This document shows positions 46,853 through 57,306 of a stretch of DNA of 64,000 nt, one piece after another. A program made the position numbers and the translations under genes. The DNA is taken from the NCBI GenBank assembly GCA_963818215.1, contig CAWFRL010000013.1:139609-203608 (forward strand). Reading direction: 5' to 3'. Position 1 is the first letter of the stretch. Each line of letters begins with the position of its first letter. Origin of the DNA: Vicinamibacteria bacterium (GTDB lineage: Bacteria; Acidobacteriota; Vicinamibacteria; Vicinamibacterales; JAENWD01). The notes under the pieces are model-generated. The model was not told the origin of the DNA, did not search any database, and saw nothing but the letters and a program-made list of their open reading frames with translations.

Positions 46853-48430
46853 CGTTCGCCCGCGCGTTCGCGCGGATCCTGTGGCTCGTGTGTGTCCTGT
46901 GCCTGTCTCAGAGCACCGGGGCGGCTGCGCGCCAGGATCCCGCCGTGTCGGTCCAGCAGATCCAGGCGGCGCTCGAGCGGGGAGACGTGGACGGCGCCAG
47001 GGCTGCCGTCGAGGCCGGGCTCCGCGCGTACCCGGACGACCCTGCGCTCCAGAACTTCGCGGGCGTCATCGCCGCGCAGCGGGGCGACTGGGCCGCGGCC
47101 GAAACCCATTTCCGCGAGGCCATCCGACTGGCCCCGCGTGCCGTGCCCCCCTACGAGAACCTCGGACGCCTGTATCAGCTGCGGTCAGTGGCAGACCCCG
47201 ACGGCGCGAGCCAAGGCGCTCGACGTCTATCGCGCGCTGCTCTCCGTGGACCCGGCCAACGAGGAGGGGCTCTTCCAGTCAGCGCTGCTGCGAGCGCAGG
47301 CGGGGGAGTTTGCCGCGTCGCGTGCGCTGCTCGAGCAGCTGCCGCGCGACGTGCAGGGACGACCCCAGGCGCTCGCCGTGCGCGTCGCGGACCTGGCCGG
47401 GACCGGCGACGCCACGGCGGCGGCCGTCGCAGACACGCTGGCGGCGCATCCCGACGTCGTGCCCGAAGACGTGCTCGCCGTGCTGCCCGCCTTCGACCAC
47501 GTGCAGGGCGACGAGGTGCTCGGCCGGCTGCTCGCCTCGCTCGACCGACGCGGCGTCGTGGCGCCAGACCTGCTCCGACGGCTGGCGGCGATCCAGATGC
47601 GTCGCGGGCAGTTCGCTGACGCACGGGGGACGCTGGAGCGCGTCGCGTCGGCCGAGCCCACGGTGCCCGTCCTGGTGGACCTGGCGCGCGCCGCGGCCAA
47701 GACCGGGGATCACCGCGGGGCGCTCGGGTACCTCGCCCACGCGCGTGCGCTCGATCCGCAGAACGCCACCGTGCACTTCCTGTTCGGCGTCGTGTGCGTC
47801 GAGCTCGACCTTGGCGCCGAGGCGTATGAGTCGATGAAGAAGGCCGTGTCGCTCGATCCCGAGAATCCGGCCGTGAACTACATGATGGGGGCGGTCAGCC
47901 TGCATCGGCACGAGTCGTCGGAGGCGGTGCCGTATTTCGAGAAGTACGTGCGCCTGCAGCCAGACGACCCGCGCGGCAGGTTTGCGCTCGGTGTCGCGCG
48001 GTTCTACAGCAATGACCTCGACGGCGCCCGGCGCGACCTCGCCGAGGTCGCCGAACGGCCCGAGACGGCCGCGGGCGCGAACTACTTTCTGGCGCGCATC
48101 ACCCGCCAGTCGAGTCAGCTCGACGAGGCACGGCGGTATGTGGACCGCTCGATACAGGCCAACCCGGGCTACGCGGACGCCTGGGCAGAGCTCGGGCTGC
48201 TGCAGACGCGGGCCGGGCAGTTCGCGGAGGCCGAAGCGTCGCTGCAGAAGGCCCTGTCACTCGATGCGGAGAACTACCAGGCCACCGTAAATCTCACGGC
48301 GCTCTACACCCGCACGCGCGACCCCCGGCGCGACGCACAGGCCGCCCGCCTCGATGCGCTGCAGAAGAAACGTGGAGAGCGCGCGCAGGACTTCCTGCGG
48401 ATGATCGAGGTGGTGCCGCCGTCGCGGTGA
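46849..48430 (+). CDS. secreted tetratricopeptide repeat protein 3 (~527 aa); one frameshift
   Basis: GTG 46849 overlaps the previous stop (GTGA). VTFARAFARILWLVCVLCLSQSTGAAARQ...ALQNFAGVIAAQRGDWAAAETHFREAIRLAPRAVPPYENLGRLY (frame of ORF 46525-47619). A shift near 47200 leads into ORF 46892-48430 ...AKALDVYRALLSVDPANEEGLF...AWAELGLLQTRAGQFAEAEASLQKALSLDAENYQA. Confidence 0.7.
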
Positions 48431-48443
48431 CCGAGGATTGCTC

Positions 48444-49394
48444 ATGTTGATCGCCTCGCCCGACTTCATGGCCCAGGCTGGCGCGCCTCGCTCGACTCCG
48501 ATTGACCGTCGCGTGCTCGTGGGCTGCGTCCTGGCTGGCCTGTTGCTCGCCGGCGCCGGCGCCGGCGCACAGCCTCCGGCCCCCCGGCCCGACACGCGGC
48601 TGGTCGAGGCCCAGCGTGCGCTGACCCGCGGCGAGCTCGCACGCGCGTTCGAGCTTGGTTCCGCCTACGTGAAGGCCCACCCCCGTGAGGCGCCAGGTCG
48701 TGTGCTGCTGGCCCGCGTGCACCTCGAGCGCGACGAACTCGACCAGGCGTACGAGGAGCTCGACCGCGCGTTACGTGCCGACCCGCGCAACGTGGACGTC
48801 CTCGCTTACCTCGGCCTCGTCAGCGGGCAACTGGCGGCCAGCGCCTTCGAGCGCCTCGCCACCGAGGCACCAGGCTCCGCGCGGGTGCTCCAGCTCCAGG
48901 GCGAGACGTTCGAGGCCCAGGATCGCCGCAGCGACGCCGAGACTGCCTACCAGGCCGCCCTCAACGTGCAGCCGGACCTGCTCGACGCCCTTCTGCCGCT
49001 CGCCAAGCTCAAACGCATCCGTCTGGCGTGCGAGGAGGCCATCGCGCTGTACGAACGGGCCGAAGCCGTGAAACCGACGTTTGACTCCGCCTTCGGGCTC
49101 GGTTTCTGTCTCGCCTACATGCAGGACGATGCGGCCGCCGTCACCAGATACGGGCAGGCGGTGAAACGGGATCCGACGGCGGCCGTGGCGTGGTCGGGTC
49201 TCGGCGCGGCCCTCGTCAAGGTCGGACGCACGACCGACGGCGTTGCAGCCCTGAAGCGGGCCGTGGCACTCGAGCCCGGGATGAGCGAACCCTGGTACAT
49301 GCTCGGCATGGCATACCAGGCCACCGGTGACACTGTCCGCTCCAAGGAGGCCTTTGCAAAGGCCGAGGAGCTGCGCGCCGCGGGGAAACAGTGA
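48444..49394 (+). CDS. secreted tetratricopeptide repeat protein 4 (intact)
   Basis: ORF 48438-49394, ATG at 48444. ...[22 protein letters not shown]...[63 protein letters not shown]. Confidence 0.75.
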   Translation: MLIASPDFMAQAGAPRSTPIDRRVLVGCVLAGLLLAGAGAGAQPPAPRPDTRLVEAQRALTRGELARAFELGSAYVKAHPREAPGRVLLARVHLERDELDQAYEELDRALRADPRNVDVLAYLGLVSGQLAASAFERLATEAPGSARVLQLQGETFEAQDRRSDAETAYQAALNVQPDLLDALLPLAKLKRIRLACEEAIALYERAEAVKPTFDSAFGLGFCLAYMQDDAAAVTRYGQAVKRDPTAAVAWSGLGAALVKVGRTTDGVAALKRAVALEPGMSEPWYMLGMAYQATGDTVRSKEAFAKAEELRAAGKQ

Positions 49395-49431
49395 CGCGCG
49401 CGTAGTCCAGGCGAGCGCGCCATCACCGCTC

Positions 49432-51289
49432 GTGATTGCGCATGCTTGCCTGTCGGGCGTTGCCGCCACGCCTGGCGACGTGGCCTTCGCTGCTGCGACG
49501 CTGCGCACAGCGAAGGCGCAGCCGCCCACTCGCGTCGTGCCGCCGGCATCGACCAACGCCGCGCCTGGCGTCACCTTCGTGGATATGACGGCCGCGGCCG
49601 GTTTGAGCACGTTCCGTCACGTCTCCGGTTCGCCAGAAAAGCCCTACGTCATCGAGGTCGCCGGATCCGGCGTGGCAGTGTGGGACTTCGATGGCGACGG
49701 GTTCGTGGACATCTATCTCGTCAACGGCGGCACGCTCGATCCGGGCCGTGCGACGCTTCCCACCGCGCCGCCGGCTGCCCTCTATCGCAACAACGGCGAC
49801 GGCACGTTCCGCGATGTCACCGAAACGGCCGGCCTCGACAACCGCCGCTGGGGCCAGGGCGTCTGCGTCGGCGATATCGACAACGACGGACGCGAGGACG
49901 TGTACGTCACCAACTTCGGCCCCAACCGTCTGTATCGCGCGGTCGCCAAGGATCGATTTGCAGACATCGCCGAGTCGGCCGGCGTCGCGGTGAGCAGCTG
50001 GTCGACAGGCTGCGCATTTGGCGACTACGACGCCGACGGCTGGCTGGATCTGTTCGTGGCCGGCTACGTGTCTCTGGATCTGGCGAACCTGCCGCCCTCA
50101 CCTACGCGCCGCGCGGGCCCGCGGCCGGAAGGCGCGTCGCCAGCAGCCGGCGGGGGGATGGGCGCTGCGTACTCCGCCGGCGCGACCGTGTGCGTCTACC
50201 GGGGCGAGCCGGTGATGTGCGGCCCTCGTGGTCTGCGAGGCGCAGGCGATCACCTCTTCCGCAACAACCGTGATGGCACGTTCACCGACGTGAGCCGTCA
50301 GGCGGGAGTCGCCGACGAGAAGGGCCTGTTCGGCTTTGGCGTCGCGTGGACCGATTTCGACGATGACGGGCGGCTGGACCTGCTGGTGGCCAACGACTCC
50401 GGGCCCAACTACGTCTATCGCAACCGCGGCGACGGACGGTTCGACGACGTCGAGCTATCCGTCGGGAGCGGCGCTCGACGGCAACGGCCGCGAGCAGGCG
50501 CACATGGGCGTGGCCATCGGCGACTACGACAACGACGGCCGCAACGACATCCACATCACCAACTTCGCCGACGACTTCAACGTGCTCTACCACAACCACG
50601 ACGGCGCGACGTTCACCGACGTGAGCTTCCGCATGGGCGTGGCCGCCGCCTCGATTCCGTTTCTCGGCTGGGGCACGGACTTTCTCGACTACGACAACGA
50701 CGGCTGGCTCGATCTGCTGGTCGTCAACGGCCACGTGTATCCATCGGCCGACCAGATGCCGTGGAACACGTCCTACGCGCAGCGCGCGCTGCTGTTCCGC
50801 AACCTGGCCGGCAAGCGCTTCGAGGAAATCGGCGCAGCCGCCGGTCCGGGACTGACCACGCCGCGCGTCTCGCGCGGCTCCGCCATCGGCGACCTCGACA
50901 ACGACGGCGGCGTCGACGTCGTCATCAACAACCTCGACGGTGGCTCCGACGCTGGCGCGCAATGCGGCGGCGGCAAGGCCGGCCATTGGCTGAAGGTGCG
51001 ACTGATCGGCGATCCGGCAAGGAAAACGCCGCGCGACGCGATCGGATCGGTGGTGTTCGTCACCGCCGGCGGCGTGCGCCGGCGCGGCGAGGTGGCCAGC
51101 GGACGCGGCCAGATCTCGCAGTCGGATCTGCGGGTGCACTTCGGTCTCGGGGAGCAGGCCGCGGTGTCGAAGCTTGAAGTACGATGGGCGGGCGCGGACG
51201 ACGGTGACCTACGCGATCGATCGCGTCGACACGCTCGTCACGATCGATCAGAGGAAGGCCGGCAAGGTCACGGTTCTACGGGTTCCTGA
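49432..51289 (+). CDS. CRTAC1 family protein (FG-GAP/VCBS repeats + ASPIC/UnbV domain); at least 2 frameshifts, both ends uncertain
   Basis: Seven Ca-binding-type repeats: [110 protein letters not shown]. UnbV_ASPIC part: [10 protein letters not shown]...[40 protein letters not shown]. From ORFs 49327-51177, 50336-51289 and 51174-51377. Confidence 0.8.
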
Positions 51290-51345
51290 TCCGGTCCGAG
51301 GCGGTCCAGGTGGGTACGAATCGGGTTACCGATTCGAGGACGATC

Positions 51346-52750
51346 ATGTCCGACTCTCACACGCCGCGAAGCATTGAAGCTCGGCGCCGCCGCCTTGATG
51401 GCGACCAAGGTCCAGGCGCGCGCCGGGAAGAAAGTCATCGTCGCCGGCGGCGGCATCGGCGGGCTGTGTTGCGGCTACGAGCTGATGAAGCGCGGCCACG
51501 ACGTCGTCGTGCTCGAGGCGGCGGGGCGGACCGGCGGCCACGTGTTCACGTTCCGCGAGGGCCTCGACGACGGGCTGTACGCGGATGCCGGCGCCGAGCA
51601 CTTCACGAACCCCGGCTACGACCGCTACCGGGCGTACGTCGAGGAGTTCAAGCTGCCGTACCGTCTACTACCCGCGACGCGAGCACGTCCTGCGGTGGAT
51701 CAACGGCACGATGCACACCGAGGAGATGCTGGCCGATCCGAAGGTGCTGGCGAAATTCGGACTGAACCAGCGCGAGATCGAGTACGTGAAGGCCAACACC
51801 TTCCCCGAGCTGGCCGGGCTCTACTACAAGCCATACATGGACGCGTTTCGCGACGAGTACAAGCCGTTTGACGCGGGCCTCAATCACCTGGACAACATCT
51901 CGACGACCGACCTGTTCAAGAAGGACGGCGCATCGGCCGGCGCGCTCGAACTTCATCGGCGGCGGCGGCTCGGCGCTGCACAGCGTGTGGCACGCGGCGA
52001 TCCTCAAGCTGCGCGGCGTGCCGCTGTTTCCGCCGAAGGTCTATCGCCTCGTCGGCGGCAACCAGAAGCTGCCCGACGCCTTTGCCGAGCGGCTGGGCGA
52101 CCGCGTGAAGCTGAACTCGCCGGTGACCAAGATCGAGCACGGGCAGACCGGCGTGCGCGTGACCTGCCGCGGCAACGGCGGCTCGGTGACGCACGAAGCC
52201 GACTATCTCGTCTGCGCGATGTCGGCGTTGATGCTGCGGCAGATTCCCGTCAGCCCGGCGTGGCCCGCGGGCAAGCAGTGGGCGGTGCAGAACGTGCCGT
52301 ACTACTTCGACTCGCGGCCGATCTTCCAGTCGAAGTCGAAGTTCTGGACGCAAGGATCAGCATCAGCCCGAACATGGAGTTCGGCGACCGCGAGCTGAAT
52401 CACGTCTGGCCGACCTGCGAGGAGGTCGAACACGACGCGCGGGCTGATCGTCGGCACCTCCACCGGCCCGCAGTCACCCGAGGGCGCGCTCGCGGGGTTC
52501 CGCCGCCGCTATCCCGGCAAGTCCGAGGACATCGAGAAGGCGCATCGTCCACGTGTGGGCGACAAACCCGTGGGCGTCGGCGTGCGAGACGCTCAGCCTA
52601 CCGCCCCGGCGAGCTCGACGAAGTACTGGCCCGCGCTGGCCGAGCCTCAGGGGCGCGATCCACTTCGTCGGCGCGTACGCGGACAACCTGAACTGGGGGA
52701 TGGAAGCTGCCACACGATCGGGATATCGAGTGGCGGAAGCGATCGTGTAG
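51346..52750 (+). CDS. flavin monoamine oxidase family protein (FAD-dependent amine oxidase), probably exported; at least 5 frameshifts
   Basis: ATG 51346. ...LKLGAAALMATKVQARAGKKVIVAGGGIGGLCCGYELMKRGHDVVVLEAAGRTGGHV (GxGxxG)...ADAGAEHF. Pieces come from ORFs 51374-51871, 51585-52691, 51868-52398 and 52553-52750. Ends ...AIHFVGAYADNLNWGMEAATRSGYRVAEAIV. Confidence 0.75.
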
Positions 52751-52826
52751 GAAGGCCTGGCCCCGTCGCGCGATTGCGTAGGAAGGGCCTGGCCCCCGCG
52801 CGTCATGTACGCGGGGCCAGGCCCTT
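52747..52826. repeat. direct repeat GTAGGAAGG(G)CCTGGCCCC x2, with the second copy forming a ~17-bp hairpin
   Basis: Copies at 52747-52764 and 52778-52797. Hairpin AAGGGCCTGGCCCCCGCG (52783-52800) / CGCGGGGCCAGGCCCTT (52810-52826) with a 9-nt loop and one bulged C. It begins at the amine oxidase stop codon (52748-52750). There is no U-tract. Confidence 0.75.
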
Positions 52827-52940
52827 GTTACACCCGCGTCACCGCGACGGTACACCTGCCACCACCGCCACTGGCGCGCCAGCCATCAGCCGGCCCATCT
52901 GCTTCCTCATGACCGGGCGTTCCGTCGCCCGCGTCGACGA

Positions 52941-53062
52941 GATTCAATTACTAGGCCATATCGTCATGTCGATATCAGGATCTTATATGACATAGAAAGA
53001 CTTATATGCCTCTAACTGCACGATATGGCATGACAGTTATCGTCAACAGACATAAAATGTCG
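52941..53062 (+). promoter_or_regulatory. AT-rich island with nested short palindromes and direct repeats upstream of the GAF-PAS kinase operon (probable promoter/operator region)
   Basis: Strikingly low-GC stretch in a high-GC context. ATATCG-N6-CGATAT (52958-52975). CTTATATG x2 (52982-52989, 53001-53008). GACAT-AAA-ATGTC (53049-53061). Recurrent ATGAC/GTCAT words. Ends ~40 nt before ATG 53101. Confidence 0.45.
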
Positions 53063-53100
53063 CAGGCGGGCTTGTCGTCCGGTCGGCGTTCGGCCGAAAA

Positions 53101-55127
53101 ATGAGCGTGTCGCCCTCGGTTTCCGCGCTGCCGTCGATGGCGCGTCTGCTCGCCCGGAGCAGCGATCCGGCTCGCCTCATTTCCGCACTCCACCAGACCG
53201 CGCTCGACGTGTCTGGCGCCACCGCTTCAGTGCTGCTGCGGCCCGACCCGACCTCAGGCCGCTGGCACGCCGTGTCCGGTGCCGGGCTCGAGACATTGAC
53301 GGCTGGCGCCGTGGCTTGAAACGGCCCGGGGCGCCGAGGCCGCTCGGACAAGCGCTCGCCACCGATCGGCCGCTCGTGATTGGCCTCGCTCGAGACAGAG
53401 TTGCCGGACCTGGCGGTCCTGCTGGGGGCGTCGGCCTGCGTGCTGGTGCCGCTGGTGGGCGCGCGAACAGCCCCGTGGGCTTGCTGCTGCTGGCGCTGCC
53501 GCCCGGGTCGACGCCCGATCTGGATCTGGCCGCGACGATCGGCGACGCGATGGTCATCGCGCTCGACCGCGCGCGGACGGCCGACGAACTGGCGCTACAC
53601 CGCGACGTCCGGGATCTGATGGAGGCCTTCGCGCGCGGCGGCGCCTCGACGCTCACGCTGACGCCCGCGCTCGAGGCGATGTGTCGTGGCGTCGCGCGGC
53701 TCACGGCGGCCGATGTCGTGGAGGTGTGGCTGCACGATCGGCGCGCGCGGGAGCTGGTCCTCTCGGCCACATCGGACCCACAGCGCGCAACGGTCAGGCC
53801 GCTCGATCCCGACCGCGGATCTGAACGCGCCGCTTGCCGCCTCGCTGCGTCGCGACCGCCCGGAGCTGGTCACCGCCGCTGGCAGCGACGCGCTGGGCAC
53901 CAACGTGGGGCTGGTCGTCCCGTTGCGGGGCCGACGCCGTGCGCTTGCCGTGCTGGCCGTTACGGCATCCGCCTCGAGCCCGGCGGTGAGGTCGCGCTGC
54001 TGGATCGCGCGGCAGAGATCGGCCGGCAACTCTCGGCGATCCTCGAAAACGTCCAGCTGCTCGACGACGTGATGCGATCGCGCGCGGAGTTGGAAAACGT
54101 CTTCAACTCGCTCACCGATCTGGTGGCCGTCACCGACAGCGCCGGCCGCATCGTCGAGGCCAACCGCGCGTTTGCGGCGCGGGTGGGGCAGACGCGTGAC
54201 GCGCTGGTCGATCGGCGGCTCAACGACCTGCTCTCCGCCGGGCTGGCCGAGTGGATCGACGGCGAACGCGACGCCGCCACACCGGCCGTGCCCGCGCGCC
54301 GTGGGTGGTCGACCAGCGGCTTGGCGGAACGTTCGACCTCACGCTGACGCCGCTCGCGGGGCTCGATCCCGCACCGGGAGGCTTGGTCCTCGTGGCGCGC
54401 GATGTCACGGTCGAGTCGCGGCTCGAGGCCGAGCGCGCCTCGCTCGAACGGCGGCTCCGGCAATCCGAAAAGCTGCTGGCGCTTGGCCAGTTCGTGGCCG
54501 GCGTCGCACACGAGTTGAACAACCCGCTGCAGGGCGTGCTCGGCCACCTCGAGTTGCTGCGCGCCTCGAAGACGTTGCCGGCGTCGCTGCGGCGCGACCT
54601 CGACGCTGGTCTACCGCGAAGCCGACCGCGCCGCGCGCATCGTCCACAACCTGCTCGTGTTCGCCGGCTCGGGCCGTCTGCGCCGTCGGCCCGTGGCCGT
54701 CAACGCCGTCGTCGGGCGCGTGCTGCGGCTGCGGTCGAGGGCGCACAAGGCCGCCCAGATCGAGGTGCGGCGCGATCTCGCCGACGCGCTGCCAAAGGTG
54801 AAGGGCGACGGACTGCTGCTGCAGCAGGCGGTGCTCAATCTGATGCTGAACGCCGAGCAGGCAATGGCGGGCCCGGGCCAACTGGTCGTCGGCACGGCGG
54901 TGACCGACAGTGGCCAGGTCGCGATCACGCTGGACGACAGCGGGCCGGGGCTGGCGGCCGAGGTGAAGGCGCGGCTGTTCGAGCCGTTCTTCACGACCAA
55001 GGAAGTTGGCGAGGGCACCGGCCTGGGGTTGGCGATCGCGTACGGGATCGTCAAGGCGCATGGCGGCACGATCGAGGCGTCGAATCGAGACGACGGCGGC
55101 GCGCGGTTTGTAATCACCTGCCCGTGA
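53101..55127 (+). CDS. GAF/PAS sensor histidine kinase; at least 6 frameshifts
   Basis: MSVSPSVSALPSMARLLARSSDPARLISALHQTALDVSGATASVLL (GAF-like). ...ELENVFNSLTDLVAVTDSAGRIVEANRAFAARVGQTRDALV (PAS). ...LLALGQFVAGVAHELNNPLQGVLG (H-box). ...QQAVLNLMLNAEQAM...LDDSGPGL...FFTTKEVGEGTGLGLAIAYGIVKAHGG. From ORFs 53101-53319, 53316-54347, 53380-53619, 53686-54072, 54251-55135 and 54657-55127. Confidence 0.8.
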
Positions 55128-55183
55128 ACCCGTGAACCCGTGAACCTGTGAACCCGTGAACCTGAACCCTGAAGCCTGAATTG
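55123..55183. repeat. 5x YGTGAACC octamers plus 3 degenerate TGAASCC heptamers, filling the kinase-regulator spacer
   Basis: CGTGAACC x3, TGTGAACC, CGTGAACC (55123-55162), then TGAACCC TGAAGCC TGAATTG. The kinase stop codon TGA (55125-55127) lies in unit 1. The array ends 5 nt before ATG 55188. Confidence 0.9.
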
Positions 55184-55187
55184 AGAG

Positions 55188-55824
55188 ATGGACGACACAT
55201 TCCTGACGACCGAAGAGGTCCTCGACTACCTGCACGTGAACCTGCGCACGGTCTATCGCCTGATCAAGGCCGGCAAGATTCCCGCGGTGCGCGTCGGTCG
55301 TCAGTGGCGATTCAAACGCGCGGACCTCGACGCCTGGCTCGACGGCCAGCGATCGCGCAAGTCGCGCGGCGCTCCGGTCGCGGCGTCCGCGCCGGCCTCG
55401 CCGGAACGGCCGCGCGTCCTGGTGGTCGACGACGAGGCCAGCATTCGGGAATTGCTGACGCGAACGCTGGCGCTCACCGAATACGACGTGGAGGCGGTCG
55501 CCGACGGGCGAACCGGTCTGGACCGGTTGCGGCTCGGGCCCTACGACCTGCTCATCGCCGACCTGCGCATGCCCGTCATGGACGGCCTGACCCTGATCCG
55601 CGAGGCCCGGCGGCTGCAGCCGAACTTGAAAGCGATCATCATCACCGGCTATTCCACCGAATCGAGCGCGATCGAGGCTGTCAATCTCGGCGTGGTCGGG
55701 CTACCTGGTGAAGCCCTTCCGGGTGCCGCAGGTCCTGGCCGCTGTGGGCAGGGCGCTGGAGAAGGTTAGGCGAAGCCGCCTGCGCCCCGTCCAACCCGAC
55801 CGCCTTCCCCGTCTAAGCTTGTAG
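55188..55824 (+). CDS. response regulator with N-terminal excisionase-type HTH (HTH_17) and C-terminal receiver domain; one frameshift
   Basis: ORF 55188-55769: MDDTFLTTEEVLDYLHVNLRTVYRLIKAGKIPAVRVGRQWRFKRADLDAWL...RVLVVDDEASIRELL...DLLIADLRMPVMDGLTLI...IIITGY. A shift near 55697 gives ...GYLVKPFRVPQVLAAVGRALEKV... with stop TAG 55822-55824. Confidence 0.8.
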
Positions 55825-55843
55825 AACGCCTGATCAGGCCCTG

Positions 55844-56434
55844 ATGCCGCGGACCGACGAGGAACTCGTCGCCCTTTCGATCGGGGGCGACGTCGAGAGC
55901 TTCAACCAGCTTGTACTGCGCTGGGAACGGCCGATCTTTGCCCTGGCGTACAGGGTGATCGGCCGGGAGGAAGAGGCGCGCGACGTCGTGCAGGAGACCT
56001 TCCTGCGCGCGTTTCGCGGGATCGGCAACTTTCGCGGGCAGGCGAAGTTCTCGTCCTGGGTCTACCGCATCGCCCTCAACTTGTGCCGGGACTGGATCCG
56101 GCGCGAGCGCCGCGCCCCGATTCTCCCCACTCCCGAGGGCGTCGACGTGATAGAACTGGCCGCCGAACAGGGGCCGGTCGAGTCCATCGAGGACCTTGTC
56201 GCCCGCAACGACATCAGCAAGGTGGTCGCGGACTTGATGACGCGGCTGCCGGAAGAACAACGCACGGCGATCGTCCTGAAGGAGTACCACGGGATGACGT
56301 TCCAGGAGATCGCCGACCTGCAGGGCGTCCCGCTGAGCACGGTGAAGACGCGCCTGTACCAAGGACTGAACGTGCTACGCCGGCACCTGCAGCAGCAGGG
56401 CAAATACGATCCGGCGACGACGAAGGTGTCATGA
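55844..56434 (+). CDS. ECF (sigma-24) RNA polymerase sigma factor (intact)
   Basis: ORF 55844-56434. ...ARDVVQETFLRAFRGIGNFRGQAKFSSWVYRIALNLCRDWIR (region 2)...IVLKEYHGMTFQEIADLQGVPLSTVKTRLYQGL (region 4). Confidence 0.9.
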   Translation: MPRTDEELVALSIGGDVESFNQLVLRWERPIFALAYRVIGREEEARDVVQETFLRAFRGIGNFRGQAKFSSWVYRIALNLCRDWIRRERRAPILPTPEGVDVIELAAEQGPVESIEDLVARNDISKVVADLMTRLPEEQRTAIVLKEYHGMTFQEIADLQGVPLSTVKTRLYQGLNVLRRHLQQQGKYDPATTKVS

Positions 56435-57226
56435 CGAACCGCTACTACTGCGACGACAAGCAACGGCTGGTCAGCTTTCTCTACGGCGAGACCAGCGATC
56501 GCGAGCGCGCCGAGGTCGAGGCGCATCTTGCCGGCTGTGCGGCATGCGCCGAGGAAGTCGACGAGCTGCGCGCGGTGCGCGTGGATCTGGCCGCGTGGCA
56601 GCCACCGGAGGCCGAGCTCGGGTTTCGCATCGTCCGCGAGCCCGTGACGGCGAGCCGGCGATGGTGGGCCGTGCCGGCGTGGGCGCCGGTGGCGATGGCC
56701 GCCGGAGTGCTGCTGGCCCTGGCGGCGAGCGTCCAGGTCGAGTACGGCAACGGCGCAATCGTGGTGCGCACGGGCTGGGCGACGACAGGCGCGCCGCCGG
56801 CGGCTGGCGTGCAGCCGGCGCCGGCGACAAGCGGCGCGCAACCGGCCGGCCAGACCGCGTCGGCCGCGATGAGCGAGGCTGACGTTCGCGCGGCGATGGC
56901 GTCGCTCGAGTCGCGGCTCCGCACCGAGATGGCGAACACGCGCACGCCGTCGGCGGCGCCGGCCTCGGCCGCTGGCAGGCGCCGGGTTCGACCGCGTCGC
57001 GCTGGTTCGGCAGGTGGAAGGCCTGATTGAGGCCAGCGAGCGCCGGCAGCAGCGCGAGCTGGCGTTCCGTCTCGCGCAGGCGATGCAGGACGTCGACACA
57101 CAGCGCCGGAGCGACCTGGCGCGTATCGAAACCGGCCTCGGACAGATCGAGGGGCTCACGGTCCAGGAAGGCGCGCGCCAGAGTCGGTTGATCAACTACT
57201 TGATGCGCACGTCGCAGGAACGGTAG
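56431..57226 (+). CDS. anti-sigma factor (zf-HC2 N-terminus, one TM helix, extracytoplasmic coiled region); one frameshift
   Basis: ATG 56431 overlaps the sigma stop (ATGA). MTNRYYCDDKQRLVSFLYGETSDRERAEVEAHLAGCAACAEEVDELR (HxxxCxxC)...WWAVPAWAPVAMAAGVLLALAA. Tail in ORF 57014-57226: ...VEGLIEASERRQQRELAFRLAQAMQDVD. Shift near 56990. Confidence 0.7.
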
Positions 57227-57237
57227 GACGGTTTGCG

Positions 57238-57288
57238 GAAGTGCACGAAGGCTGCGTGCCGAGGTGCGCGGTGCCGAAGTGCTGAGCT
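57238..57288. repeat. degenerate GTGCS-core array (same family as 40601-40678)
   Basis: GAAGTGCACGAAGGCTGC GTGCCGAG GTGCGCG GTGCCGAA GTGCTGAG. Located between the anti-sigma stop and the next gene. It contains GCACGAAGGC, also present in the lysA array. Confidence 0.6.
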
Positions 57289-57306
57289 GATGTTGGAGAT
57301 AGGACG

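Noticed and set aside
53026-53042. Sigma-54-like promoter TGGCAT-N5-TTATC in the AT-rich island
   Set aside because: The -24 element is acceptable but the -12 element lacks the conserved GC (TTGC). By itself it is not convincing. It is left as part of the generic regulatory-region call.
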